A program made the position numbers and the translations under genes. A stretch of DNA of 29,646 bases from a virus, in IMG/VR virus record IMGVR_UViG_2523533538_000001, positions 1-29,646 of that record. One strand, given 5' to 3'. The notes below the pieces were generated by a model. That model was not told the DNA's origin and searched no databases. It saw only the letters and a program-made list of their open reading frames with translations. Positions 6,293 to 15,002 of the stretch are shown in pieces. Position 1 is the first letter of the stretch. Each line of letters begins with the position of its first letter.

Positions 6293-6685
6293 ATGAGATT
6301 AACGAATAACAGAGAGTTCTATCTATCGAACAAATGGCAGACTAAACAACGAAGAGTGTTGAGAAGAGACGGATACGAATGTCGAGAAGCGAAACGATAT
6401 GGCAAAGCTAAAACGGCAGAGATGGTACATCACATATATGAGATAGAGTATTATCCAGAATTGGCTTTTGAAGATTGGAACTTGATTAGCTTATGCAATG
6501 GTAATCATAACAAGATGCATAATAGGACTGCAGACACAGTGACGAAGCTGGGGTTATATTGGCAAGAGAAACGAGCAAGTGAGTTCGTTGATTATTACGC
6601 TGAGCATATCGAATGTGTCGATGAGATTGTAGTCGAGAAGATGAAGCAGCTGAATGTGTATCAGATGTATGTCGACAAGATATAG
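6293..6685 (+). CDS. HNH endonuclease (phage packaging-associated)
   Basis: C..C...HH....N...LC...H..H motif (YECREA...VHHIYE...NLISLCNGNHNKMHN). Typical position immediately upstream of the terminase genes. Confidence 0.85.
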   Translation: MRLTNNREFYLSNKWQTKQRRVLRRDGYECREAKRYGKAKTAEMVHHIYEIEYYPELAFEDWNLISLCNGNHNKMHNRTADTVTKLGLYWQEKRASEFVDYYAEHIECVDEIVVEKMKQLNVYQMYVDKI

Positions 6686-6869
6686 AATATACAATATAAT
6701 ATCTTGTATAACAAAAGTAATATACAATATATTTCTAAAATGAAATAATATATGATAATTGAAAAAATATAATTAATAATACAGAATAGCCGAAAAGGTT
6801 GATATGACAACAATATCCCCGCCACTAGAAAATAATATATTGTATATTAAGGGAGACCGAGCAAGGGGA
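6686..6869. other. Candidate cos / terminase-recognition region
   Basis: The 13-mer AATATACAATATA occurs at 6686-6698 and 6719-6731, with an inverted copy at 6836-6848. Two G+C-rich islands lie in very AT-rich DNA: CCCCGCC (6817-6823) and gggagaccgagcaagggga (6851-6869). The region sits between the HNH and TerS genes. Confidence 0.3.
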
Positions 6870-6917
6870 TCATTTCCAAGTGTACAGGCTATGAGAATAA
6901 ATTTTTGAAGAAAGCAG

Positions 6918-7289
6918 GTGAAAATTGACTTGAAAAACATACCAACTGTCGAAACTATTAAGCGCAGAACTGTTAAGAACATGAAAGAGTTGGGTACTTA
7001 CAAAGTTCAGTTTTCACCTATAATTTCACGCTATGCTGAAACGGTGTGGCAATACAATTTATTGTATAGACGATTCGAACAATCTGATTTTGTCGTAGAA
7101 GTTGCGACAGGAGCAAGTGGTGTAAAAAAAAGTCCGATTGTAGCAACGCTGGAAAACTTACGGAAAGACTTAACGACATACGAAGATCGTTTGTTACTTA
7201 ATCCTAAATCGCTTAAAGATAGCGATAATAAAACTGATAATGAACCTTCAGCATTTGCAAAATTTCTAAATAGTTCTGGAGTTGATTGA
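6918..7289 (+). CDS. terS: Terminase small subunit (P27-family-like)
   Basis: GTG start. 123 aa with G.Y...D...I..Y......Y......I...G.........KK.P....LE........L.L.P.S pattern. Directly precedes and overlaps TerL. Confidence 0.7.
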   Translation: MKIDLKNIPTVETIKRRTVKNMKELGTYKVQFSPIISRYAETVWQYNLLYRRFEQSDFVVEVATGASGVKKSPIVATLENLRKDLTTYEDRLLLNPKSLKDSDNKTDNEPSAFAKFLNSSGVD

Positions 7290-7290
7290 T

Positions 7291-9111
7291 ATGAATATCT
7301 CTCATATCACTTCCGACAATTTTAAAGTAGCAATTAAATATGCAGAAGATTTAGTTAGCAAAAAGCGAATAGCTTACGAAGATGAAATCTTATCAGCACA
7401 ACGATTTTTAGATGATTTGAAGTCTGACAAATGGGATTTTAAACAAGAACAATTCGACTTCATAATAGGCTTAATCGAAGGCACAATCACACATGTTCAA
7501 GGTCAAGATTTAAACGGTAATGATTTAGCACACACACCGTTAAAATTAATGCCGTTTCAAAAATTTATCATAGTGAATCTGTTTGGGTTCTTTGAAAAAG
7601 ATTCTAAGATTAGAAGATTTAATGAGTCATTAATCTTCCTCCCGCGCAAACAAGGTAAAAGCTTATGGGCAGCTAGTTTAGCATGGGCAAAAGGTGTTCT
7701 TGATAGAAAATCTGGTGCTAAGACTTATATAGTTGCAAATAGTCTAAAGCAAACACAAGAAAGCTTTGGTGACATAGTTAAGAACATTGAACATTTAAAG
7801 AAAGATTTGAAGAAGTTGCGAATTCGTGACAACAATCAAGAACACTCAATTTATGCTGATTTTGGTGATGGTTCATCTGAAATATTTGCAATAGCAAATC
7901 AAGAAGATAAGCTAGATTCTTTAAACTGTAACTGTTTAATTCTTGATGAACTTCACAGTTGGAAGCGAGCAGGTGCCAAAAAATACACACTGATGAAGAA
8001 TGCCATGAAAGCATATCGAAATAAGCTATTAATCGGCATCTCAACCGCTGGCGATGTTCCAAACGGTTTTTTAGCGCAACGCATACAGACACTACAAAAA
8101 GTTTTAAAAGGTCAGATTAAAGATGATACTTACGATTCATATTTCATTTATATGTGTCATGTCAAACAAGACAAAAAAGGCAACATCTTAAATCCTCTAA
8201 CAAGCGATATAACAACCCCAGATGACCCACAAGTTTTAGAAGCAGTGACACCATCTTTAAATGTCACAACCACTTTAAAAGAATTAGTCGCAGATGCAAG
8301 ACAGGCGATGAACGAACCTCAACTTAAAAACGAATTTTTAAACAAAACATTAAACATATTCACAACTGCAGATAATGCTTATTTTGATATAGATGAATTT
8401 AAGTATTCAGATAGTAACTTCAATTGGAAACTAGAAGAACTAGCTAAGCTACCAATAATTTGGTATGGCGGTGCTGACTTATCTAAGTTACATGACTTAA
8501 CTGCCGCAGCTTTATACGGAGTGTTAAAAAATTATACTTACAATATTGACGGTCAAAAAGTTACTAAAGATATTGACATCGTTATCACGCATGCGTTTTT
8601 CCCTCGTGCGAAAGCAATCGAAAAAGCAGAACAAGATAATATACCTTTGTTTGAATGGGAAGAAGAGGATTGGGCAACACTATCGAATACATCAACTGTA
8701 TTGTTTGACGATATTGTCAAATGGTTTTCAGACATGCGCAAATTAGGTTTTAAAATCAAAGAAGTCCACTTTGATAAGAAATTTGGTCGTGAGTTCTTTT
8801 TAAAAATGAAGCAAGCTAAATTTAAAATGGCTGATGCTCCACAATATTTTTATCGCAAAAGTGAAGGATTTAGACACATAGAACAAAAAACTAAATTGGC
8901 TGAGTTCTATTATTTACATTCAAGAGCTTACGAATATTGTATCAGCAATGTCAAGGCAATAGAGAAAACTGATGACATGATTCAATTTGAAAAAGTGCTA
9001 CCGAATCAACGAATTGACTTATTTGATGCTTCAGTCTTTGCATGTTGTGCAAGTCTGGAAGGTAGCGAAAAGAAAGCTAAAAACAAGTCAGCTATAAATA
9101 ACGCAGGCTAA
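7291..9111 (+). CDS. terL: Terminase large subunit (Terminase_1-like)
   Basis: Walker A-like PRKQGKS, Walker B-like LILDELH, and a C-terminal nuclease domain. ATG 7291 is preferred over the TTG 7282 of the track (GGAG 7277-7280). Confidence 0.9.
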   Translation: MNISHITSDNFKVAIKYAEDLVSKKRIAYEDEILSAQRFLDDLKSDKWDFKQEQFDFIIGLIEGTITHVQGQDLNGNDLAHTPLKLMPFQKFIIVNLFGFFEKDSKIRRFNESLIFLPRKQGKSLWAASLAWAKGVLDRKSGAKTYIVANSLKQTQESFGDIVKNIEHLKKDLKKLRIRDNNQEHSIYADFGDGSSEIFAIANQEDKLDSLNCNCLILDELHSWKRAGAKKYTLMKNAMKAYRNKLLIGISTAGDVPNGFLAQRIQTLQKVLKGQIKDDTYDSYFIYMCHVKQDKKGNILNPLTSDITTPDDPQVLEAVTPSLNVTTTLKELVADARQAMNEPQLKNEFLNKTLNIFTTADNAYFDIDEFKYSDSNFNWKLEELAKLPIIWYGGADLSKLHDLTAAALYGVLKNYTYNIDGQKVTKDIDIVITHAFFPRAKAIEKAEQDNIPLFEWEEEDWATLSNTSTVLFDDIVKWFSDMRKLGFKIKEVHFDKKFGREFFLKMKQAKFKMADAPQYFYRKSEGFRHIEQKTKLAEFYYLHSRAYEYCISNVKAIEKTDDMIQFEKVLPNQRIDLFDASVFACCASLEGSEKKAKNKSAINNAG

Positions 9112-9118
9112 AAAGGCG

Positions 9119-10333
9119 GTGAACAAAAAATTAATGGGAATTTTTAATTTTAATAAGAGAAATACAGAAGAAAGTCAACAATCCAAAGTTGGCTATTTTT
9201 TAACCAAAGATGCAGAAGATTTGTTGGTGAGCGGTTATACAAGACTTGCAGACAATCCAGAAGTCCAAACCGCAGTTAATCAGATTGCTGATCTAGTGAG
9301 CAATATGACAATTCAACTGATGCAGAACTCTGAAAAAGGCGATGTAAGAGTCAAAAATGATTTATCTAAGCTAGTAGATATCAAGCCAAACGGCTATCAA
9401 TCACGAAAGAATTTCGTGTTTTGGATAGTCAAAACTCTACTGATTGGCGATGGCAACGCAGTTGTATTACCAATTTCACGAAATGGGAAAGTAGTTGAAC
9501 TAAGACCACTAGCATCATCTAAAGTTAGATTTATTTACGATGTGAATCAAGATTTTAACTATGTGATTGATTATGAAGGTAGGCAATACCAACCATCAGA
9601 TGTTTTGCATTTTGCAATTAATCCAGATGAAAATCGGCCATTTTTAGGCACAGGCTACAGGGTTAGTTTGTCTGATGTTACGCATAATTTAAAACAAGCA
9701 TCAAAAACTAAGCGCTCGTTTATGTCATCAAATTATAAGCCTTCTCTAGCAATCTATGTTGATAGCGATTCAGATTTAGACGAAGAATCACGACAAAAAC
9801 TAGAAGATAAATATATGAAGCGTTCAAACCCGAATGCGCCTTTAATGCTTCCAGATGGCATGTTAAGACTAGAACAAATTAAGCCTCTGACATTAACTGA
9901 TTTAGCATTGAACGATGCAGTTAAAATTGATAAACAAACGGTAGCAACCATTTTAGGTATTCCACCTTTTGTTTTGGGTGTTGGAACTTATACAAAAGAC
10001 GAATGGAACAATTTCATTAATACAAAAATTATGAGCATTGCACAAGTCATTCAACAAACACTCAATAATTTAATCGTTGAAGATGACATGTATTTCAACT
10101 TTAACGCTAGAAGCTTATATAACTATTCACTGACTGACTTAGTTAATAGCGGTACAGCATTAGTCAAAGTTAACGCTATGCGAAGAAATGAGTTAAGAAA
10201 TTGGCTATCATTACCGCCTGACGATGAAATGGATGATTTGCTAGTTTTAGAAAACTTCATACAACAAGCTGATGTAAGTAAGCAGAAAAAGCTAGTACAA
10301 GATGAAAATGAAGATTTGAAAGGTGGTGAGTAA
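9119..10333 (+). CDS. Portal protein (HK97 family-like)
   Basis: ~400 aa ORF right after TerL with general HK97-type portal sequence character. The start is uncertain (GTG 9119 or ATG 9134). Confidence 0.85.
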   Translation: MNKKLMGIFNFNKRNTEESQQSKVGYFLTKDAEDLLVSGYTRLADNPEVQTAVNQIADLVSNMTIQLMQNSEKGDVRVKNDLSKLVDIKPNGYQSRKNFVFWIVKTLLIGDGNAVVLPISRNGKVVELRPLASSKVRFIYDVNQDFNYVIDYEGRQYQPSDVLHFAINPDENRPFLGTGYRVSLSDVTHNLKQASKTKRSFMSSNYKPSLAIYVDSDSDLDEESRQKLEDKYMKRSNPNAPLMLPDGMLRLEQIKPLTLTDLALNDAVKIDKQTVATILGIPPFVLGVGTYTKDEWNNFINTKIMSIAQVIQQTLNNLIVEDDMYFNFNARSLYNYSLTDLVNSGTALVKVNAMRRNELRNWLSLPPDDEMDDLLVLENFIQQADVSKQKKLVQDENEDLKGGE

Positions 10334-10912
10334 ATGCAAAATGAAAGACTCACCCACCAATTTCGATCAATTGGGAAATTGAATACAAGAGATGAAGCCA
10401 GTGATGAATACAAAATCAGTGGTTATTTTATTGTCTTTAATTCTGAAACGAAACTTGGCGAAGGTATGTTTGAAGAAGTAGCTCCAGAAGCATTAGTAGA
10501 TGTTGATTTGTCTGATGTTCGTGCGTTAGCAGACCATGACACCGCTAAGGTTTTAGGTCGAACAAAATCTAGCACATTAGAATTATCAGTTGATGACAAA
10601 GGTTTGTACGGAGAAATCTCTATTAATCAAAACGATACAGATGCAGTTAATTTATACGAGCGTGTTAAAAGAGGAGACATTGACCAATGTTCTTTTGGCT
10701 TTGACATTTTAGAAGAAGACTATGAACAGCGTGAAGATGGTATGAAATGGACAATACGAAAAATTAAATTATTTGAAGTATCAGTTGTAACATTTCCCGC
10801 TTACGAAGATACGGCAGTAAGCGCTCGTTCACAACAAGTTAAACAAATCGAACAAAGACAACTAGAACAACGAAAAGCAAAATTGAAGGAGAGAATACAA
10901 AAATGGCATTAA
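10334..10912 (+). CDS. Prohead maturation protease (HK97 family, S78-like)
   Basis: ISGYFIVFNSET..GEGMFEEVAPEAL...DH and S.GF motifs. Lies between portal and capsid. Confidence 0.85.
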   Translation: MQNERLTHQFRSIGKLNTRDEASDEYKISGYFIVFNSETKLGEGMFEEVAPEALVDVDLSDVRALADHDTAKVLGRTKSSTLELSVDDKGLYGEISINQNDTDAVNLYERVKRGDIDQCSFGFDILEEDYEQREDGMKWTIRKIKLFEVSVVTFPAYEDTAVSARSQQVKQIEQRQLEQRKAKLKERIQKWH

Positions 10913-12162
10913 GAAAATTAATTTTAGCTAAGAAAATTTCTGAGCGCTCAAGCAAAATTGAAGCTTTACGAGCAGATGAAGACAAGCTAAAAGACGAAGA
11001 AAAAGAAGTAGCTAAAGCAGTCGACGAAGCTGAAACTGATGAAGATATGAAAGTCGTGGAAGATTCAGCTGACGAATTAGAAAAGAAATTAGATGAAAAT
11101 GCTAAAGCTATTGCTGATCTAGAAAAAGAAAAAGCTGAGTTAGAAGCAGAATTAGCAGACATCGAAGAAGATCAACCGAAGGCAAAAACTGAAGAAGATG
11201 AAGAAAAAGGAGAAGAAAGACAAATGGCTAAAAAAATTAATACTCGTGATACAGGTGTAATGTCTATTCGTGAATCATTACAAGTTGATGAAGTTCGTTC
11301 ATTCTATCAAAATATTGCTAATGCAATGACTGAAAAACGCTCATTGACTGGCGATGAAAAGGTAGTTCCACAAATCGTAGTTGACCGAATCGAATCAAAA
11401 TTAGGTGACTACTCAACTTTACTTGCAGAAGTTACTGTAGAACAAATCGGTGGTACTGGCCGTGCAGTAATCGCTGGTGACATTCCAGAGGCTGTTTGGT
11501 TTGAGCTAGGTAAAAAAGCACTGGCAGAATTAGAAGATGAGTTCAAAGGTATCGAAGTAGACGGCTTTGGTTTAGGTGGATACTTGCCAGTTCCAAACAT
11601 CATTATCGAAAACTCTCTCATTAACTTAGCTGCTCATGTTGAAGATCGTTTAGCTAAATCAATTGCTAAAGCATTAGACAAAGCAATTTTAAAAGGTGAA
11701 GGACTTGCTAAGAAACAACCGATTGGGATTGTTCCTTCAATTCCTGAAGAAAATAAAGTTGAATCTGATGGAAATGTAGCAGATTTGATTGCCCAACTTG
11801 GCTTGGTTGACACTGACGGCACAGGCGGAGAAGTGGTAGCAGTCATGAATCGCAAGACATACTACTCTAAAATCGTTCCTCAAACCTTAGCAGTTGCTGC
11901 TAACGGAGTCTTAACAGGTTCTTACGCATTGCCATTTAGAGTTGTATTGTCTGCATATGCTGACGATAACACCGTAGTCTTTGCTGATTTGAAACAATAC
12001 TTGTTATCTCAACGGTCTGCTATCCGTGTTGAATCGTCTACTGATGTTCAATTCACATCTGACAACACTGTATTCAGAGGCGTTGGCTACTTTGATGGCA
12101 AACCAATGAAAAATAATGCATTTGCATTAGTAACAATTACAGATACACCAGCTGAAGCGTAG
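10903..12162 (+). CDS. Major capsid protein (HK97 family) with N-terminal coiled-coil delta domain
   Basis: 419 aa. The first ~100 aa are E/K-rich coiled coil, followed by an HK97-fold-like body. Overlaps the protease stop. Confidence 0.9.
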   Translation: MALRKLILAKKISERSSKIEALRADEDKLKDEEKEVAKAVDEAETDEDMKVVEDSADELEKKLDENAKAIADLEKEKAELEAELADIEEDQPKAKTEEDEEKGEERQMAKKINTRDTGVMSIRESLQVDEVRSFYQNIANAMTEKRSLTGDEKVVPQIVVDRIESKLGDYSTLLAEVTVEQIGGTGRAVIAGDIPEAVWFELGKKALAELEDEFKGIEVDGFGLGGYLPVPNIIIENSLINLAAHVEDRLAKSIAKALDKAILKGEGLAKKQPIGIVPSIPEENKVESDGNVADLIAQLGLVDTDGTGGEVVAVMNRKTYYSKIVPQTLAVAANGVLTGSYALPFRVVLSAYADDNTVVFADLKQYLLSQRSAIRVESSTDVQFTSDNTVFRGVGYFDGKPMKNNAFALVTITDTPAEA

Positions 12163-12167
12163 TCAGT

Positions 12168-12198
12168 AGAAGGGATTAATTTCCCTTCTTTATTTTTT
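12168..12198 (+). terminator. Rho-independent terminator after the capsid gene
   Basis: agaaggga / tcccttct stem with a 6-nt loop, then ttatttttt. Confidence 0.6.
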
Positions 12199-12217
12199 AT
12201 GAAGGGAGTCATGAACT

Positions 12218-12391
12218 TTGAAGTATAAAGTATTAGTAGATTTTACAGATAAAGAAACAAAACATATCTATTACAAAAACGATAAATATCCTTTTAAAGG
12301 CAGAGCCAAAAAAGCTAGAATTGAAGAATTATTATCTGATGAAAATCTTAGAAATAAACCTTTAATTGAGGTGGTTGAAGATGAAAGTTGA
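12218..12391 (+). CDS. Small head-module protein (57 aa, TTG start), not in the ORF track
   Basis: GAAGGGAG (12201-12208) lies 9 nt before TTG 12218. Sequence LKYKVLVDFTDKETKHIYYKNDKYPFKGRAKKARIEELL... resembles small proteins found after HK97-type capsid genes. Confidence 0.5.
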   Translation: MKYKVLVDFTDKETKHIYYKNDKYPFKGRAKKARIEELLSDENLRNKPLIEVVEDES

Positions 12392-12656
12392 AGACATTTT
12401 AGCGCTAGTCAAAGCTACTTTAGGATATAAAACAACCGTTCGTGATGAACTGTTAACTCATACAATTAAATCTGTGATTGATGAATTAGAACAAGAAAAA
12501 GGTATTGCACTAGATGCTACTAATTCTGCACATGTCATGTTTGTATGTGATTTGTCTGTATTCCGTTATGAAAATCGTGGTGGCGGTGTATTGCCTCGCA
12601 ATCTCGAATACAGATTGCGTAACTTAATTGTGAAATTTGGTGGTTCAAATGTTTGA
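12381..12656 (+). CDS. Head-tail connector (gp6-like)
   Basis: GAGGTGG (12368-12374) lies 6 nt before ATG 12381. Size and position are typical. Confidence 0.6.
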   Translation: MKVEDILALVKATLGYKTTVRDELLTHTIKSVIDELEQEKGIALDATNSAHVMFVCDLSVFRYENRGGGVLPRNLEYRLRNLIVKFGGSNV

Positions 12657-12954
12657 TTTAGAAGTCACTTTACTACATCAAGACGGCTTCACAGAAAATA
12701 AAGTTGGCGATAAAGTTCCGCTTTATAAAGAAATAGAAATATTTGCAAAAGAATTACCTATTTCTCGATCAGAATACTACTTTGCAGGTCAAGCTAATAT
12801 TGAAATAAGTCGCTTAATCGTGATTCATCCGTTCGAATATGCGAATGAAAAAATCTTAAAAATTGAGGGTGAACAATATTCAGTTATCAAACAATATAAA
12901 GTTGACAACGAGAATCTAGAGTTAACTCTTAAACAAAAAGTGGGCAATAAATGA
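12649..12954 (+). CDS. Head closure / head-tail adaptor protein
   Basis: ATG 12649 overlaps the upstream stop. ~100 aa. Assigned by position and by SPP1 gp16-like C-terminal pattern. Confidence 0.6.
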   Translation: MFDLEVTLLHQDGFTENKVGDKVPLYKEIEIFAKELPISRSEYYFAGQANIEISRLIVIHPFEYANEKILKIEGEQYSVIKQYKVDNENLELTLKQKVGNK

Positions 12955-13307
12955 TGGATGATTTAGCGAAACAAATCTTAGAAGCGCTTGAAGATTATAG
13001 CGAAGAAGTCGAAGAAATAGTTGAAGATGAAATTGAGAATGTAGCTAATGAAGCCGTTAGCGAACTTAAAGCAAACAGTCCGAAGCGCAAACGCAATGGT
13101 GGAAAGTATGCTCGAAGCTGGCGCAAGACTAAAGTTAAAGATGGTTATTCTGTGCATAACACGAAAGCTGGACTAACACACTTGTTAGAAAAAGGTCATG
13201 CTAAGCGCAACGGTGGTAGAACAAAAGCTATGCCACATATTGCGCCAGTTGAACAAAAAGTTATTCAAGACTTAGAAGAAAATATAAAGAGGAGGGTGCA
13301 GAAGTGA
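12951..13307 (+). CDS. HK97 gp10-family tail-head joining protein
   Basis: ATGA overlap. Basic motif SP.R.....GKYARSW......DGY.V.N......HLLE.GH. Confidence 0.7.
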   Translation: MMDDLAKQILEALEDYSEEVEEIVEDEIENVANEAVSELKANSPKRKRNGGKYARSWRKTKVKDGYSVHNTKAGLTHLLEKGHAKRNGGRTKAMPHIAPVEQKVIQDLEENIKRRVQK

Positions 13308-13624
13308 AGCTAATAGATTTTAGAAAATTACTAGAGCAAACTGATTTAACAGTTCAATACAGAGCTTTTAAAGAGGGCCAAGCACCTCACCTTCCTTATA
13401 TTTTATTTTATGAAGAAGACAATGGCGGCACAATCAAAGCTGATAATTTTAACTATTATCCAGTGAAAAATGTGACAGTTGAGCTGTATACAGACGAGAA
13501 AGATTTTGAGTTAGAAGAGAAATTAGAAACAATATTTGATGACAATGGGTTTGAATATGACAGCTATGAAGCATATTTAGATACAGAAAATATGTTTGAA
13601 AAAGCATATGAAATTACAATTTGA
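13304..13624 (+). CDS. Tail completion / tail terminator-like protein (position-based)
   Basis: GTG start overlapping the upstream TGA, with GGAGGG 7 nt upstream. 106 aa, immediately before the major tail gene. Confidence 0.55.
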   Translation: MKLIDFRKLLEQTDLTVQYRAFKEGQAPHLPYILFYEEDNGGTIKADNFNYYPVKNVTVELYTDEKDFELEEKLETIFDDNGFEYDSYEAYLDTENMFEKAYEITI

Positions 13625-13637
13625 AGGAGAAAAAATA

Positions 13638-14222
13638 ATGGCTAATAAAGAAAATAAAGTCGTTTACGGTCTTAAAAATGCGCATTACGCAAAACTATCG
13701 TTTGACGAAACAGGCGCACCAGTTTATGCAACGCCCGTTGCGATGAAAGGCGCAGTTGAATTGTCGCTTGAACCAGAATCAAATGATATTCAGTTCTCAG
13801 CAGATGATGATGCGTCATTCTTTGCTGAAAGCGAAAATCAAGGGTATAGCGGAACATTAACACTTGCTAACTTATCGTATGCGTTCAGAGCAGACATTTT
13901 GGGTGAGTTAGATGACGATACCGACGGAACAATTACAGAGATTGCGGACGCTAAGATGTCACCGTTTGCTTTACTGTTCCAATTTGATGGTGATGTTAAT
14001 AAAACTAGACATCTAGTTTACTATTGTATTCCATCTCGTGCTAAGTTAGGTTCAAAAACTGGTAAGGATATTGAAGGTGTTGAAATGACTTTCAAAGCCA
14101 AACAATTGGATTTGGGCGAAAGCAAACTAGTTAAGACACAAACGACTACTGAACAATCTGCTAAATATTTAGACTGGTTCACACAAGTCTATGTTAAAGG
14201 TCAAACACCTGCAGAAGGGTAA
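13638..14222 (+). CDS. Major tail protein (phi13-family-like)
   Basis: GAAGGAGA (13623-13630) lies 7 nt before ATG 13638. N-terminus MANKENKVVYGLKNAHYAKL matches the vyGl.n.hyA.l start of phi13-type major tail proteins. Confidence 0.8.
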   Translation: MANKENKVVYGLKNAHYAKLSFDETGAPVYATPVAMKGAVELSLEPESNDIQFSADDDASFFAESENQGYSGTLTLANLSYAFRADILGELDDDTDGTITEIADAKMSPFALLFQFDGDVNKTRHLVYYCIPSRAKLGSKTGKDIEGVEMTFKAKQLDLGESKLVKTQTTTEQSAKYLDWFTQVYVKGQTPAEG

Positions 14223-14236
14223 TTTTTAGGTTTTTT

Positions 14237-14263
14237 AAGAGTGGCTTATGTCACTCTTTTATT
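14237..14263 (+). terminator. Rho-independent terminator after the major tail gene
   Basis: aagagtggc / gtcactctt stem with loop ttat, followed by a T-rich tail. Confidence 0.55.
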
Positions 14264-14296
14264 ATATGACAAAACAATCAAAAGGAATGAATAAAC

Positions 14297-14662
14297 ATGG
14301 AAAAAACAATCTATATTGATGATAAGCCAGTGAAATTAAAATCAACTGCTGGTACGCCTAGGCGGTATAAAGCGCAATTTAGAAAAGACTACTTTGCTGA
14401 GTTAATGAAGCTTGCTAAAGTTTTTAATCAAACAGCTGAGAATGACGGACAATTCGATTTAAACACTGTTTCATTTGAAGATTTAGATCATTTAGACTTT
14501 GAACCGATGTACAATTTTGTTTGGGTATTAGCTAAGACAGCAGATAAGACAATACCTGAGCCAGACGAGTGGCTTGATGAGTTTGAAGCTATGCCACTGG
14601 CCGATGTATTTCCTCAAATTACTGAATTGTTAGAAAGCTCAATACAATCAAAAAAAAAGTAA
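14297..14662 (+). CDS. Tail assembly chaperone (G-like)
   Basis: 121-aa acidic ORF between the major tail and tape measure genes. It ends in a slippery A-run. Confidence 0.8.
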   Translation: MEKTIYIDDKPVKLKSTAGTPRRYKAQFRKDYFAELMKLAKVFNQTAENDGQFDLNTVSFEDLDHLDFEPMYNFVWVLAKTADKTIPEPDEWLDEFEAMPLADVFPQITELLESSIQSKKK

Positions 14663-14886
14663 ACGATGTAAGCGGTAGTGATGAGCAGTTTACAGAAGAA
14701 TCATTCTATTATATCTGTCGTCAATGCGGTTTAACCTATGAAGAAATCGAAGATATGAATATCGGTCAATGTTTAGATCATATACAAGAGTGGATAGATA
14801 ACAACGCAGTCGATGAAAACGGTAAGCCAATTGAAAAGCAATCGCAAGCTAGAAAAGCAAATCAAGCCGATTTTAATGCTTTCTAA
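14297..14886 (+). CDS. Tail assembly chaperone G-T-like fusion made by -1 programmed ribosomal frameshift
   Basis: Slippery heptamer A_AAA_AAG (14653-14659) lies inside a run of 9 A. The -1 frame is open from 14659 (GTA AAC GAT...) to TAA 14884-14886 and has no start codon of its own. Confidence 0.75.
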
Positions 14887-14945
14887 TTACTCTCATGAGC
14901 ATTCTCGCAAAAGATAAATAACAAAACTGAATAACTATACATTTA

Positions 14946-14982
14946 AGAGTCTCAGAATGCGTTTCTGTGGCTCTTTATTTTT
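14946..14982 (+). terminator. Hairpin + T-run between the chaperone and tape measure genes
   Basis: agagtctcaga / tctgtggctct pair at 10 of 11 positions with a 7-nt loop, followed by ttatttt. Confidence 0.5.
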
Positions 14983-15002
14983 AACGAAAGGAGAGTGAAC
15001 AC

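Noticed and set aside
8546-8746. Out-of-frame + strand ORFs nested in large genes (8546-8746 in TerL, 18030-18245 in Dit, 19162-19344 in Tal)
   Set aside because: They are short, have no RBS, and lie wholly inside well-supported genes. They are treated as chance ORFs.
12211-12228. ATG 12211 as the start of the small post-capsid ORF
   Set aside because: That frame stops after 5 codons (MNFEV*). TTG 12218, with a 9-nt spacing from GAAGGGAG, opens the 57-codon frame.
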